Shown in pieces: positions 19,444-28,952 of a stretch of 64,000 nt of DNA. The DNA lies in assembly GCA_036499425.1 (NCBI GenBank), contig DASYDT010000135.1, forward strand, positions 12,757 through 76,756, given 5' to 3'. Positions within the stretch are counted from its first letter, which is position 1; every line of letters starts with the position of its first letter. The notes beneath the pieces are model-generated. The model was not told where the DNA came from. It made no database searches and saw nothing but the letters and a program-made list of their open reading frames with translations. This DNA is from Candidatus Udaeobacter sp. GTDB taxonomy: Bacteria; Verrucomicrobiota; Verrucomicrobiia; Chthoniobacterales; UBA10450. The translations under genes were made by a program, and so were the position numbers.

Positions 19444-20337
19444 ATGAAATATCTCGTATTCATCTGGCGCGTTCTGCGCCGGCTGGTTTGGGAAACGGCG
19501 ACCGATAATACGACCGGCCTGGCTGCGCAGATGGCGTATCTGCTTCTGTTCGCGCTGGCGCCTGGATCGCTCTTTCTCTGGCATCTGCTCGGTCTTTTCG
19601 GCACCGATCCGACCAAGTTGCATCGGATGTTTGATTTCTTGAAGAGCTTCATGCCGCCGGACCAAAAAGTGCAGGACATTCTGGATTCTGCGATGGCCAA
19701 TGTGGTGGTGACAGGTTCAAGCGGTCTGCTTGCGAATGCAGGCATCGTTCTCGGAATCTATTTCGGGACCGTCTTCATTGCGACGATTTCACGGGCCCTG
19801 AGCCATACGTATGGAATGCGAGAAGATCCCCATTGGTGGTCGAAATACATCATCTCGTTTTTCATGCTGTTTTGGTTTGGGATCGTGATCGTGGTTTGTT
19901 TTAACGCCATCGTCTTCGGCGAAACGCTGGCTGGCATCGCGGAAGTAAATTTTCAACTCAGTGTGCCGCTCCAGGAATGGGTGGCGTATCTCAATTTACC
20001 GTCAACGTGGGTAGCGCTGATCGGGCTGGCGCTGGCGTTGTATCTTCTGACGCCGGAGAATTATCTCACAATTCGACAAGCGCTTCCGGGAGCGACTTTC
20101 TTCGCGACTGGATGGATCATCGCGACGAAACTTTTTCAGCTCTACGTCGCAAGATACGACCGCTACAACCCAACATACCTGGCGCTGGCATCCATCGTCG
20201 TGCTGCTCACCTGGATGTATCTGACTTGTCTGCTTCTGTTGTTGGGCGGCAAATTGAACGCCATCCTTCGCCGGGAACGCGAAAGGACGCGCAGGGCTGC
20301 GCCTGTCGCGCCTGCGCCTGCTGTTCGCGTCGCGTAA
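19444..20337 (+). CDS. YihY/BrkB (virulence factor BrkB / 'RNase BN'-like) family membrane protein
   Basis: Six hydrophobic segments and the family motif GLAAQMAYLLLFALAP near the N-terminus. Confidence 0.8.
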   Translation: MKYLVFIWRVLRRLVWETATDNTTGLAAQMAYLLLFALAPGSLFLWHLLGLFGTDPTKLHRMFDFLKSFMPPDQKVQDILDSAMANVVVTGSSGLLANAGIVLGIYFGTVFIATISRALSHTYGMREDPHWWSKYIISFFMLFWFGIVIVVCFNAIVFGETLAGIAEVNFQLSVPLQEWVAYLNLPSTWVALIGLALALYLLTPENYLTIRQALPGATFFATGWIIATKLFQLYVARYDRYNPTYLALASIVVLLTWMYLTCLLLLLGGKLNAILRRERERTRRAAPVAPAPAVRVA

Positions 20338-20376
20338 GTTTTTCGCTCGAGATTTAATCATTCGGATTTCCTTCGC

Positions 20377-21636
20377 TTGATCGCGTCGCGGGCTCTGTTA
20401 CGCTCCGTCGCAGTGGTGCGTTTTCGCATTTGGGCTGCACTGGCCGTTGGCACAATCGTCGCAGGTCTCCTTTGCGCGCAAGTCAGTGAAGAGCAGGAAA
20501 GCCGGCGCGGTCAATCCAAGTCAGACGAGACGCACGCCACGCCCTCTCCGAAACCAAAAAAATCTCCGAGCCTCGCCGCACAGAAAGCAACCAGCAAATC
20601 AACGAAGAAGCATCGAACGTCTGCGGCGCCAGAAAAAGCGCCTAAGGCCATTCCGCGAGCAAAGCTAGTCGGCGAAGAATCGGAAAAGCCAACGGAGGCT
20701 GAGAAAACACCAAATCCGAGGCCGCGCGAGACGCCCGAGCCGAGCGCTTCACCGAAATCACACACGCCCACACCCAAACCGAGATCGGCGAAGAAGAAAT
20801 CGCACGAAAAAGAAACCGGACACAAAACCAGGAAAACAACCAAACTGGCGCGGAAAGAAGAGGAAACACCAAAGCCAAGAAAAACGCGAACGCCTCGCGC
20901 AGAAGAAGAGCGCGCCGTTACGCCGGAAAAGCCGCCGCCGCCTCCATCACGCGCGGTAGCCGTGCCGACTCCGGCGCCTTGCCCAACGCCAAAAATTCCA
21001 CGGGCGGTGCCGTCGGAGCAGCGCGATCAGGTTGTGATTGAAAAGTCGGGTATCGAAGAAGACCAGGGCTTCGAGCCTCCGCCATCGCCGCCACCGCGCA
21101 GATTCGGTTTCTGGCCGTGGAGTCGTCCAACCAACTACCGTTATCTCACGAGCTCAGTCATCGATGCGATCCGACGCGCACCAGTGAAACGGCGCCGCTG
21201 GCAGTTCATTGTGGTGCACAACAGCGGCACCCGACAGGGAAACGCGCGCGCTTTTGATTATTATCATCGGCATGTCCGCCGGATGCAGAATGGTCTTGCC
21301 TACCATTTCGTAATCGGCAACGGAACTTCCACCGGCAACGGCCAGATCGAAGTGGGCGACCGCTGGCGGCGTCAGATCAACGGCGGCCACGTGCACAGCG
21401 ATTATCTGAACAACATTTCGCTCGGCATTTGTCTGGTAGGCGATTTTAATCGTGACCAGCCCACGCGCGCGCAACTCGACGCGTGCGAAGAACTCATCCG
21501 TTACCTGCGCGAACGCTGCGGCGGCACCGGCAGAGGCGCCATTCCTGTGAAGCCACATCGGGAAATAAATCCGCCGCGCTGGCCTACCGACTGCCCTGGG
21601 GACGTCTTCCCCTATTCGTGGTTCCGCAGGTTCTGA
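20377..21636 (+). CDS. Membrane-anchored N-acetylmuramoyl-L-alanine amidase (Amidase_2/PGRP domain) with a Lys/Pro-rich linker
   Basis: N-terminal anchor, then a low-complexity K/P/E/T region of about 200 aa. C-terminal FIVVHNSGT...HFVIGNG...GGHV...LGICLVGDF matches the AmpD-type amidase fold. Confidence 0.75.
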   Translation: MIASRALLRSVAVVRFRIWAALAVGTIVAGLLCAQVSEEQESRRGQSKSDETHATPSPKPKKSPSLAAQKATSKSTKKHRTSAAPEKAPKAIPRAKLVGEESEKPTEAEKTPNPRPRETPEPSASPKSHTPTPKPRSAKKKSHEKETGHKTRKTTKLARKEEETPKPRKTRTPRAEEERAVTPEKPPPPPSRAVAVPTPAPCPTPKIPRAVPSEQRDQVVIEKSGIEEDQGFEPPPSPPPRRFGFWPWSRPTNYRYLTSSVIDAIRRAPVKRRRWQFIVVHNSGTRQGNARAFDYYHRHVRRMQNGLAYHFVIGNGTSTGNGQIEVGDRWRRQINGGHVHSDYLNNISLGICLVGDFNRDQPTRAQLDACEELIRYLRERCGGTGRGAIPVKPHREINPPRWPTDCPGDVFPYSWFRRF

Positions 21637-21732
21637 CAGTTAGCGCACGGCTCTAAGTGAGACTGGGATTCTCACAAAGAGGGCCGGTTACCCTTGAGCG
21701 CGCGATTCTCTTAAAAGGATCACCAACGTCTT

Positions 21733-23184
21733 ATGCAAAGAGGAATTCTCCGATCGTGCGCGCCATTAATTGTCACCGTTTTATCCGTCCAAACGGGCGC
21801 ATTCTCGGTCGCGGCGCAGGAACCTGCGCAGACGCACCAGGGAGTTATCACGACGTTCGCGCCGATTGTCGAGAAGGTCGCGCCGAGCGTTGTAACAGTG
21901 TTCACCACTCAGACGGTGTCGCGCGGGCTGAACGCATTTCCGTTTTCCGATGACACGCTGCGCCAGTTTTTCGGAGGACAATCACCGCAGAGTCAAGGCA
22001 AGCAGACGCTGCAAGGCCTCGGCTCGGGCGTGATTGTCAGCCCGGATGGATACATTCTCACTGCCAATCACGTTGTTTCGGGCGCGGATGAAATCATGGT
22101 GGGGCTAGGCACGGACCTCCGCAAATACAAGGCGAAGAAAGTCGGCACCGATCCGGGCACGGACGTGGCGCTGCTGAAAATCGACGAGAGAAGTCTGCCC
22201 GCGATCACGTTTGCCGACAGCGATAAAGCGCGTGCCGGCGACATTGTGCTCGCGATCGGCAACCCGTTTGGCCTGCGGCAAACAGTGACCATGGGAATCA
22301 TCAGCGCCGTTGGCCGCGGCGGAATAGGGATTGTTGATTACGAAAATTTCATCCAGACCGATGCGGCCATAAACATGGGCAACTCCGGTGGGGCGCTGGT
22401 CGATACCGAGGGGCGATTGTTAGGCATCAACACGGCGATTTTCAGCCGAAGCGGTGGAAATCAGGGCATCGGCTTCGCCATTCCCGCGAATCTCGCGCGT
22501 GACGTAATGCAGAGCTTGCGCGAGAAAGGCCGCGTCGTGCGCGGCTACATTGGGGCGTCCGTGCAAACTCTGACGCCTGAGCTGGCTGACGCGATGAAAC
22601 TCAAAGGGCAACCGACCGGCGCGCTTGTAGGCGAGGTCACGCCAAAAAGCCCTTCGGAAAAAGCTGGGATGAAGACCGGTGATATAATTACTTCCGTCAA
22701 CGGGAAGAAAATCAGCGATGCGCGCGAAGTTCGTTTGATGATTGGCTCAATGGCGCCTGGGACAAAGGTACAGATCGAGGTTAATCGCGAAGGCCAGAGC
22801 AAAATCATCAATGTCGAGCTTGCTGAAATGCCTGCCGGTGAAGCTGAGCAGGGGGCCGAGACGACTCCTGAAGAGAGCGCTCAACCTGAAAAGGCCACCG
22901 TGTTCGGCGGTGTCGCCGTCGCGGATATCACCGATGACATCCGCACCGCGCTCAATCTTTCAAAGGACATCAAAGGTGCCGTGATTGCGGAAATCGACGC
23001 CGATTCGCCCGCTGCAAAAGCCGGATTGCGCGAAGGCGACGTGATCCAGGAAGTCAACAAGCAACCGGTCAGAAGCGCGAAAGATCTGGTGGCCATCAGC
23101 AAAAAATTGAAGCCTAACGAAAAGATTCTCATCCGCGTCTGGAGCCAGGGCCGCAGCGGCTACGTCGCGCTGGAACCGAAATAA
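21733..23184 (+). CDS. degP: Periplasmic serine endoprotease DegP/DegQ (HtrA family, two PDZ domains)
   Basis: Signal peptide and catalytic-triad context (TANHVV, DVALLKI, GNSGGAL), followed by two PDZ regions. Confidence 0.9.
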   Translation: MQRGILRSCAPLIVTVLSVQTGAFSVAAQEPAQTHQGVITTFAPIVEKVAPSVVTVFTTQTVSRGLNAFPFSDDTLRQFFGGQSPQSQGKQTLQGLGSGVIVSPDGYILTANHVVSGADEIMVGLGTDLRKYKAKKVGTDPGTDVALLKIDERSLPAITFADSDKARAGDIVLAIGNPFGLRQTVTMGIISAVGRGGIGIVDYENFIQTDAAINMGNSGGALVDTEGRLLGINTAIFSRSGGNQGIGFAIPANLARDVMQSLREKGRVVRGYIGASVQTLTPELADAMKLKGQPTGALVGEVTPKSPSEKAGMKTGDIITSVNGKKISDAREVRLMIGSMAPGTKVQIEVNREGQSKIINVELAEMPAGEAEQGAETTPEESAQPEKATVFGGVAVADITDDIRTALNLSKDIKGAVIAEIDADSPAAKAGLREGDVIQEVNKQPVRSAKDLVAISKKLKPNEKILIRVWSQGRSGYVALEPK

Positions 23185-23197
23185 CGTCCACTCCCAT

Positions 23198-23267
23198 GCT
23201 GTAGCGTCCGCTGTCCCCAGCGGACCCCGTCACCCCTTGCTGCGCTGAGGACAGCGCGCCCTACAGC
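23198..23267. repeat. REP-B-related palindromic element
   Basis: GCTGTAGCGTCCGCTGTCCCCAGCGG...GCTGAGGACAGCGCGCCCTACAGC, in the convergent degP/archease spacer. Confidence 0.5.
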
Positions 23268-23270
23268 ATC

Positions 23271-23702
23271 TCAAATATCGAGAATTACCATTGTCCTCCA
23301 GCCGCCATCCTTTTTCTCGACAGAGAAATCGTGAAGCGTGACCGCTTTCACATCCGCACGCTGTTGGTGCCGCGCTGCATCCAAAGGTTCGCCGTCGGCT
23401 TCTGCTTTCAAAAAATATTTTTCGTCTTTTTCGTCGATCTGCACTTGACGGACGCGCAGCAGGAGGCGCTCGGCGTCTTTCAAGTAAATCAGCTCCTGCA
23501 AAAAATCGAACAGTAACATGTCGATTTCGTCGTTCGACAGTTCGATGTGTCGCGTGTCGCGCGGTTCGATGGCGTCGAGGTTATCGATCATCACATTCAT
23601 CGTGGCGTCGGCCGAGCTGCTGAACAATTCCGGCAGATCGTGCCCGGTCGCTTCAAACGCGATGTCGGCGGTTCCGATTTCTTCGAGGTAATGGTAGGGC
23701 AT
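23271..23702 (-). CDS. Archease (RtcB activator)
   Basis: 143 aa. N-terminal YLEEIGTADIAFEATG and C-terminal VKAVTLHDFSV...MVILDI are typical archease motifs. Confidence 0.85.
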   Translation of the reverse strand: MPYHYLEEIGTADIAFEATGHDLPELFSSSADATMNVMIDNLDAIEPRDTRHIELSNDEIDMLLFDFLQELIYLKDAERLLLRVRQVQIDEKDEKYFLKAEADGEPLDAARHQQRADVKAVTLHDFSVEKKDGGWRTMVILDI

Positions 23703-23827
23703 GAGGAGAATGACGAATGAAGTAATGACGAATTAATACCAAATGACGAATTGTAGGGCGTCTGTGTCAGATGCCAGAGCGTTTCGCAGAAACGCCCTAC
23801 AATCATTCATTCGTCGTTTGTGCTTCA
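23703..23827. repeat. REP-D arrays flanking REP-C (composite hairpin)
   Basis: AATGACGAATGAAGTAATGACGAATTAATACCAAATGACGAAT, then REP-C, then ATCATTCATTCGTCGTTTGTGCTTCATCA. This fills the whole COG0523-archease spacer. Confidence 0.7.
23752..23801. repeat. REP-C palindromic element (opposite orientation, lacks the central 18 nt)
   Basis: TGTAGGGCGTCTGTGTCAGATGCCAGAGCGTTTCGCAGAAACGCCCTACA. Its reverse complement aligns arm-for-arm with 9819-9884. Confidence 0.75.
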
Positions 23828-24721
23828 TCATTTTTGCGCAATGCATTCATCCAGCGCACCGAGGATTGCCTGTTTTTCCGCTGCAATGTTCTTTCCGATG
23901 AACACCAACTCGGTGTCTCTCGCATCGAACGGCTCCAAGTCCCAGCGGCCGGCGACGAAATTGAAAAGCTGCGCGCCATCGGCAAACCGCACGAAACCTT
24001 TCGCCCGAACCACGCTCACAGGAAGGCTGTTTGCGAAGCGTGCGAAACAATCGCGAGAAAAAATCTTCTTCGACCTGAACGCGAACGATTCGAATTCTGG
24101 CTGATGCTGATGCTCTGGACGCGCGATTTTTTTCTCCCGCGACTGCGGAATGCCGAACAGTAATTCCGGATCGATCCGGCAGCGCTCGGTGCGAACAATT
24201 GCCGCACTCGGGTTGATTTGACGTAGCTTCGTTTCAAGCGCTTCGATCTGCGTTGGCTTGACGAGATCTATCTTGTTCAAAAGCAAAATGTCCGCGCCCT
24301 CGATTTGCAGGCGAGCGGTGTGGCCCAACTCGGGGAAACGAACGAGCATATCGGCATCGATTACCGAAACGACGCCGTCGAGCCGGCATTGCGGTAGCGC
24401 CTCCTGAACGTTGAATACGAGGGCCTCAGGTTCCGCAAGACCGGTGGTTTCGACGATGATCATCTCCGGCGCGATTTTCTCAATGATCTCGCTTACCGCT
24501 GCTTCAAATTCGCCGAGCAACGAACAACAGACACACCCGCCGCCCAGCTCGGCGACGCGCACGTTTTTGCCCTCGATCACTTTCGTGTCGATGGCGATCT
24601 CGCCAAACTCATTCATCACGATGGCGATGTTCGCGGGACGCGTCGCGAGAATGTGACGAAGCAAGGTAGTCTTCCCGCTGCCGAGCGGGCCGGTGATGAG
24701 AGTGATGGGTGTGCGAAGCAT
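23828..24721 (-). CDS. COG0523/CobW-family G3E P-loop GTPase (metallochaperone-type)
   Basis: P-loop ITGPLGSGKTT, metal motif GGGCVCCS, ETTG and NKID G-motifs, and a CobW C-terminal domain. The ORF opens at 24793, but its first 24 codons are a REP-D repeat. The ATG at 24721 is the preferred start. Confidence 0.85.
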   Translation of the reverse strand: MLRTPITLITGPLGSGKTTLLRHILATRPANIAIVMNEFGEIAIDTKVIEGKNVRVAELGGGCVCCSLLGEFEAAVSEIIEKIAPEMIIVETTGLAEPEALVFNVQEALPQCRLDGVVSVIDADMLVRFPELGHTARLQIEGADILLLNKIDLVKPTQIEALETKLRQINPSAAIVRTERCRIDPELLFGIPQSREKKIARPEHQHQPEFESFAFRSKKIFSRDCFARFANSLPVSVVRAKGFVRFADGAQLFNFVAGRWDLEPFDARDTELVFIGKNIAAEKQAILGALDECIAQK

Positions 24722-24822
24722 TTCAAAAATGACGAAGCTCGAATGACGAATTAATGACGAAGCACGAATGACAAAGCCTTGTGCCAGGCGCATCGAGCGA
24801 TCTCGGATTTCGTCATTTGAAT
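24722..24822. repeat. REP-D array pair
   Basis: AATGACGAAGCTCGAATGACGAATTAATGACGAAGCACGAATGACAAAG ... GGATTTCGTCATTTGAATTT. This fills the whole rtcB-COG0523 spacer. Confidence 0.7.
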
Positions 24823-26283
24823 TTAGCCTTTCACATTCCCAATGGGCGTGAATCGTGCGACTGGCTTGCTGATTCCCGCCAGCTCGGTTGCTGCGATTAC
24901 TTCATCAATGTCTTTGTAAGCCGGACCGGCTTCTTCGGCGAGGCCCGCCCATGAGGTGCTGCGCACGTAAATCCCGCGCGCTTCGAGGTCGCGCTGGAGT
25001 TGTTTGCCGTGCCATTGTTTGCGCGCCTTGGTGCGGCTCATCGTGCGGCCGCTGCCGTGCGCGGTACTGAAAAAAGTTTCTGCGCCCGACGCTGTCCCCA
25101 CGAGCAGATACGAGCCGGTCTCCATCGAGCCGCCGATGATCACCGGCTGGCCAATGTCTCGATAACGTGCAGCTACTTCCTCGTGACCCGGTCCGAATGC
25201 GCGCGTCGCCCCTTTGCGGTGAACAAGCAATTTCTTTTCTTTTCCATCGACGACGTGGCGTTCCAGCTTCGCCGTGTTGTGTGAGACGTCGTAAACCATC
25301 CGCATTTCCAAATCTTCGGCGCTGCGGCCAAACACTTGGGAAAAAACTGCGCGGATGCTGTGAAGAATCACCTGCCGGTTGGCAAATGACATGTTCAATC
25401 CGCATTTCATCGCGGCGAAATAATCGCGGCCTTCCGGAGAATCGACCGGTGCGCACGCCAGCTCGCGATCCAGGATTTTGATCCCATATTTCGGTTCCAT
25501 CACCTTCAAGAACGTCTGGAGATAATCAGTGGCGACCTGGTGCCCGAACCCGCGACTGCCGCAGTGAAACATCACTACGACTTGGTTCGGAATGGTGATC
25601 CCGAATTTCGCCGCCAGTTCTTTCTCGCGCACGTCCTCTGGTCGCGCGACCTGCACTTCGAGATAATGATTGCCGCTGCCGAGTGTACCGACCTGGTTGT
25701 AGCCGCGCTCCACCGCGCGATCGCTAATCTTCGAGGCGTCCGCGCCGGAGATGCAACCGTTCTCCTCGGTCAGTTCGAGGTCTTCATTCCAGCCAAAATC
25801 GCGTTCGATGCACCAGCGCGCGCCCTGTTCGACCAGGTCGCGAAAATCGTTGCGCGACAATTTCAGAAATCCGTGACTGCCGACACCTGCGGGCACGCGT
25901 TGGAATAGGAGATCGACAATTTCCTTTAAACGCGGTTGCACCTCCTCCAGCGCGAGGTTCGTGGTGACAAGGCGCATGCCGCAGTTGATGTCGAACCCGA
26001 TGCCGCCGGGCGAGATCACGCCGCCTTCGTGCACATCCATGGCAGCGACACCGCCGATCGGAAATCCATAACCGCTGTGGCCATCCGGCATGCAAAGGGC
26101 GTAGCGCGCGATTCCCGGTAAAGTGGCGACGTTGCTTATCTGCTGGTAAACAGCTTCGTCCATTTCGCGCACCAGTTTTTCCGTCCCGACGATACGGGCC
26201 GGTACCCGCATCCCATTCTTGTAGCTCGCCGGTAATTCCCAAATCGTGTCTGAAATTTTTTTCAGGCTATCGATGATCGCCAT
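24823..26283 (-). CDS. rtcB: RNA-splicing ligase RtcB (3'-phosphate/5'-hydroxyl RNA ligase)
   Basis: 486 aa with RtcB signatures PDGHSGYGFPIGGV, GFDINCGMR, GSGNHYLE, HCGSRGFGHQ and AHGSGR. Confidence 0.95.
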   Translation of the reverse strand: MAIIDSLKKISDTIWELPASYKNGMRVPARIVGTEKLVREMDEAVYQQISNVATLPGIARYALCMPDGHSGYGFPIGGVAAMDVHEGGVISPGGIGFDINCGMRLVTTNLALEEVQPRLKEIVDLLFQRVPAGVGSHGFLKLSRNDFRDLVEQGARWCIERDFGWNEDLELTEENGCISGADASKISDRAVERGYNQVGTLGSGNHYLEVQVARPEDVREKELAAKFGITIPNQVVVMFHCGSRGFGHQVATDYLQTFLKVMEPKYGIKILDRELACAPVDSPEGRDYFAAMKCGLNMSFANRQVILHSIRAVFSQVFGRSAEDLEMRMVYDVSHNTAKLERHVVDGKEKKLLVHRKGATRAFGPGHEEVAARYRDIGQPVIIGGSMETGSYLLVGTASGAETFFSTAHGSGRTMSRTKARKQWHGKQLQRDLEARGIYVRSTSWAGLAEEAGPAYKDIDEVIAATELAGISKPVARFTPIGNVKG

Positions 26284-26469
26284 AAGAATTACACCTCATC
26301 AAAACTTGTGTCTGACAATGGATTCTTTCGTATTCCCAAGATCATATTGTGCTCAACTTTGGGACAGATCCAAAGCGACGCAGCAGTGCCGCGCTTGATA
26401 ACGTGGTTGCGATTATCTGCCAGAACTACGCGCTTCCGTTTTGGAGTGGGGCGGTGTTCCGCCGCTTTT

Positions 26470-27900
26470 TCAATGTCGCAGCGAGGGACGAGCGATTTTC
26501 GCTCCGGCTTTCAGGAACGAATCGACCCACCAAAAGACGTTCTCCTTGCGCACGACGCGTCTCATGCGTTTCATCCGTGCGCTGCGCTCGGTTTGGCTCA
26601 TGCGGAACGCTTTCAAGATCGTCTCGGCCATTTGCTCGATATCGTACGGATTGACTAGCAACGCATCAGGCTTGAGTTGCTCAGCCGCGCCGGCGAACTG
26701 GCTCAGGATCAACACGCCATCTTCCTCGACACGGCTGGCGCAATATTCCTTGGCGACGAGATTCATTCCATCCTTGAGCGGCGTGACGAAAGCGATGTCG
26801 CACCCGCGATAATGCGCGAGAAGATCGTCGCGATCGAGGCTGCGAAAATGATATTGCACCGGCAACCAGGTGCTGGTGGAGAAACGGCCGTTGATATGAC
26901 CGACCAGACGATCGATGCGCTCCTTGAACTCGTGATATTTGGGAATTTCCACCCGGCTCGGCACAACGACTTGGATCAGAACCACGCGGCCTCGCAGTTC
27001 CGAGTGAAATTCCAGGGCGGTGCGAAATGCGCGCAGGCGTTCAGGAATCCCTTTGCTGTAATCGAGTCGGTCCGAACCAAGAATCAACTGACAACCAGGA
27101 AAAGCGACGCGCAGCCGTTGTGCTCTTTGCTCGACCGCATCGGATCTTGCACCATTTTCAAACGAGTTGAAGTCGATCCCAATCGGGAAATGTCCTACGC
27201 GAATTGCGCGTTTTTCGAAACGAATCAATTGCAGGTCGCGGCGAGGGAGAATTTTTGCATCGGACATTACCCGTCGCACGCATTGGATGAAGTTGCGGAC
27301 ATCGCGTCGCGTCTGGAACCCCAGCAGATCGAACTGAAGCAGCGCGCGCAGGAGCCGCTGTTGTTGCGGTAGCTTTGAAAAAATGTCGTAAGGCGGAAAA
27401 GGGATGTGCAGGAAAAACGTCAAGGCCGCGTGTAAACCGCGCTCACGTAATACTTGGGCCACGTACATCAGGTGATAATCGTGCACCCAGATGAAGTCGT
27501 TAGGTTGCAGGCAGCGAGCGATAGCTTCCGCATAACGATCGTTGACTGCCTTATAAGTTTGCCAGTATGCCGGCTCGAAGTTGCAGAAATTTTGCAGATC
27601 GTGAAACAACGGCCAGATCACTTCGTTGGAATAGCCGTAGTAAAACTCGTCGCGCTCGGTTTCACTCAGAGCCACGGGGACAATCTTGTAACCGGCATTG
27701 CGCGTGGCTTGGGCAAACGGTTCCTGTGGGATTTCACCCGCAATCCCCGGCCAGCCAATCCAGGTTCCACCGCGCTCGCGCAGCACCGGCTCCACCGCAG
27801 AAACAAGTCCGCCGACAGCAGGTGTGACGGTCCACAGATCTTCGCCAGCTGAATCGAGCGCGAATGGCAATCGATTGGAAACGACGATCAGGCGATTCAT
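26470..27900 (-). CDS. otsA: Trehalose-6-phosphate synthase (GT20)
   Basis: MNRLIVVSNRLP... GGLVSA... WVHDYHLM... are conserved OtsA motifs; 476 aa. Confidence 0.9.
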   Translation of the reverse strand: MNRLIVVSNRLPFALDSAGEDLWTVTPAVGGLVSAVEPVLRERGGTWIGWPGIAGEIPQEPFAQATRNAGYKIVPVALSETERDEFYYGYSNEVIWPLFHDLQNFCNFEPAYWQTYKAVNDRYAEAIARCLQPNDFIWVHDYHLMYVAQVLRERGLHAALTFFLHIPFPPYDIFSKLPQQQRLLRALLQFDLLGFQTRRDVRNFIQCVRRVMSDAKILPRRDLQLIRFEKRAIRVGHFPIGIDFNSFENGARSDAVEQRAQRLRVAFPGCQLILGSDRLDYSKGIPERLRAFRTALEFHSELRGRVVLIQVVVPSRVEIPKYHEFKERIDRLVGHINGRFSTSTWLPVQYHFRSLDRDDLLAHYRGCDIAFVTPLKDGMNLVAKEYCASRVEEDGVLILSQFAGAAEQLKPDALLVNPYDIEQMAETILKAFRMSQTERSARMKRMRRVVRKENVFWWVDSFLKAGAKIARPSLRH

Positions 27901-27925
27901 TGCTATCAGAGTTTTTAACTCTTTT

Positions 27926-27959
27926 CGTTGAATCGTTGAAGCGTTAAAGCGTTGAAGCG
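27926..27959. repeat. REP-E short-unit array
   Basis: CGTTGAATCGTTGAAGCGTTAAAGCGTTGAAGCG, just upstream of the otsA start. Confidence 0.6.
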
Positions 27960-27971
27960 AATCAAAAGTAT

Positions 27972-28063
27972 GTCATTCCGAGCGAAGTCGAGGAATCCCA
28001 TTATATTACTTTACGGTAGCGCCACGGGATCCTTCGACTCCGCTGCGCTCCGCTCAGGATGGC
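27972..28063. repeat. REP-A inverted-repeat element
   Basis: GTCATTCCGAGCGAAGTCGAGGAATCCC ... GGGATCCTTCGACTCCGCTGCGCTCCGCTCAGGATGGC, in the otsA/otsB divergent spacer. Confidence 0.75.
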
Positions 28064-28868
28064 CTCAATGCTTCGACGCTTGAACCAAATGCTTCCCTCA
28101 GCGCTCCAGCACGTTCAGAAGATCGCTGGTCGCAGCGGTCAGGTCGCCGTCTTCCTCGACTACGACGGCACGCTTACACCGATCGCCCGTCATCCAGAAA
28201 ACGCGTGGCTTGCCGACTCGATGCAACAGACGGTGCGGGAGCTGGCCAAGCGGACGTCGGTCGCCATTCTCAGCGGCCGCGACCTGGGTGACGTTCGCAA
28301 GCGCGTGAACATCGACGCGATCGTTTACGGCGGCTGTCATGGATTCGATATCGCCGGCCCGCGCGGATTGCACAGGCAAATGGCGACCGAGTTTTTGCCC
28401 GACCTCGACATGGCAGAAAAGGAGTTGCACGACGTGCTTGGTGGAATTCCCGGCGCTCTCGTGGAGCGGAAACGTTTTTCCATCGCCGCGCACTATCGAA
28501 ACGTGAACGAAAATGACGCTCCAAAAGTTGAGCGGGCTGTGAGCGAAGTAGCTGCGCGGCATGACCAGCTACGCAGGCTTGATGGCAAAAAAGTTTACGA
28601 ACTACTGCCCAACATCGATTGGGACAAAGGCAAAGCCGTGCTTTGGTTATTGGAAACGCTGGGCTTGGAGTCCCGCTCAGGCGGGATTCGCCCGATTTAC
28701 ATCGGAGATGACGCCACGGATGAAGATGCTTTCCGTGCGCTTGAGCAACGCGGCATTGGCATCCTCGTCAGTGAGCAATCGCAGCCCACCGCAGCGAAGT
28801 ATTCACTTAAAGATCCGGCGGAAGTGGAGTATTTCCTGCGCGCGCTCAGTGCGCATCTGCCGGCATAG
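28059..28868 (+). CDS. otsB: Trehalose-6-phosphate phosphatase (HAD family)
   Basis: HAD motif I FLDYDGTL, SGR, and motif IV GDDATDEDAF. The start may be the ATG at 28068, because 28059 lies in the right arm of a REP-A element. Confidence 0.85.
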   Translation: MASMLRRLNQMLPSALQHVQKIAGRSGQVAVFLDYDGTLTPIARHPENAWLADSMQQTVRELAKRTSVAILSGRDLGDVRKRVNIDAIVYGGCHGFDIAGPRGLHRQMATEFLPDLDMAEKELHDVLGGIPGALVERKRFSIAAHYRNVNENDAPKVERAVSEVAARHDQLRRLDGKKVYELLPNIDWDKGKAVLWLLETLGLESRSGGIRPIYIGDDATDEDAFRALEQRGIGILVSEQSQPTAAKYSLKDPAEVEYFLRALSAHLPA

Positions 28869-28940
28869 GTAGGACGCGTCACTCCGTGTGCGCCGCTCTT
28901 CGTGAATCGAATCGGCATGCAGAGGGACTGCCCGCCCTAC
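28868..28940. repeat. REP-B-related element (GGTAGG...CCCTAC termini, divergent core)
   Basis: GGTAGGACGCGTCACTCCGTGTGCGCCG...GCAGAGGGACTGCCCGCCCTAC, immediately after the otsB stop. Confidence 0.4.
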
Positions 28941-28952
28941 GAAAGCGTCACG

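Noticed and set aside
19221-19745. 174-aa minus-strand ORF spanning the GT28/yihY spacer
   Set aside because: Its C-terminal part translates a REP-A element and its N-terminal part is antisense to yihY. It is a repeat-derived artefact.
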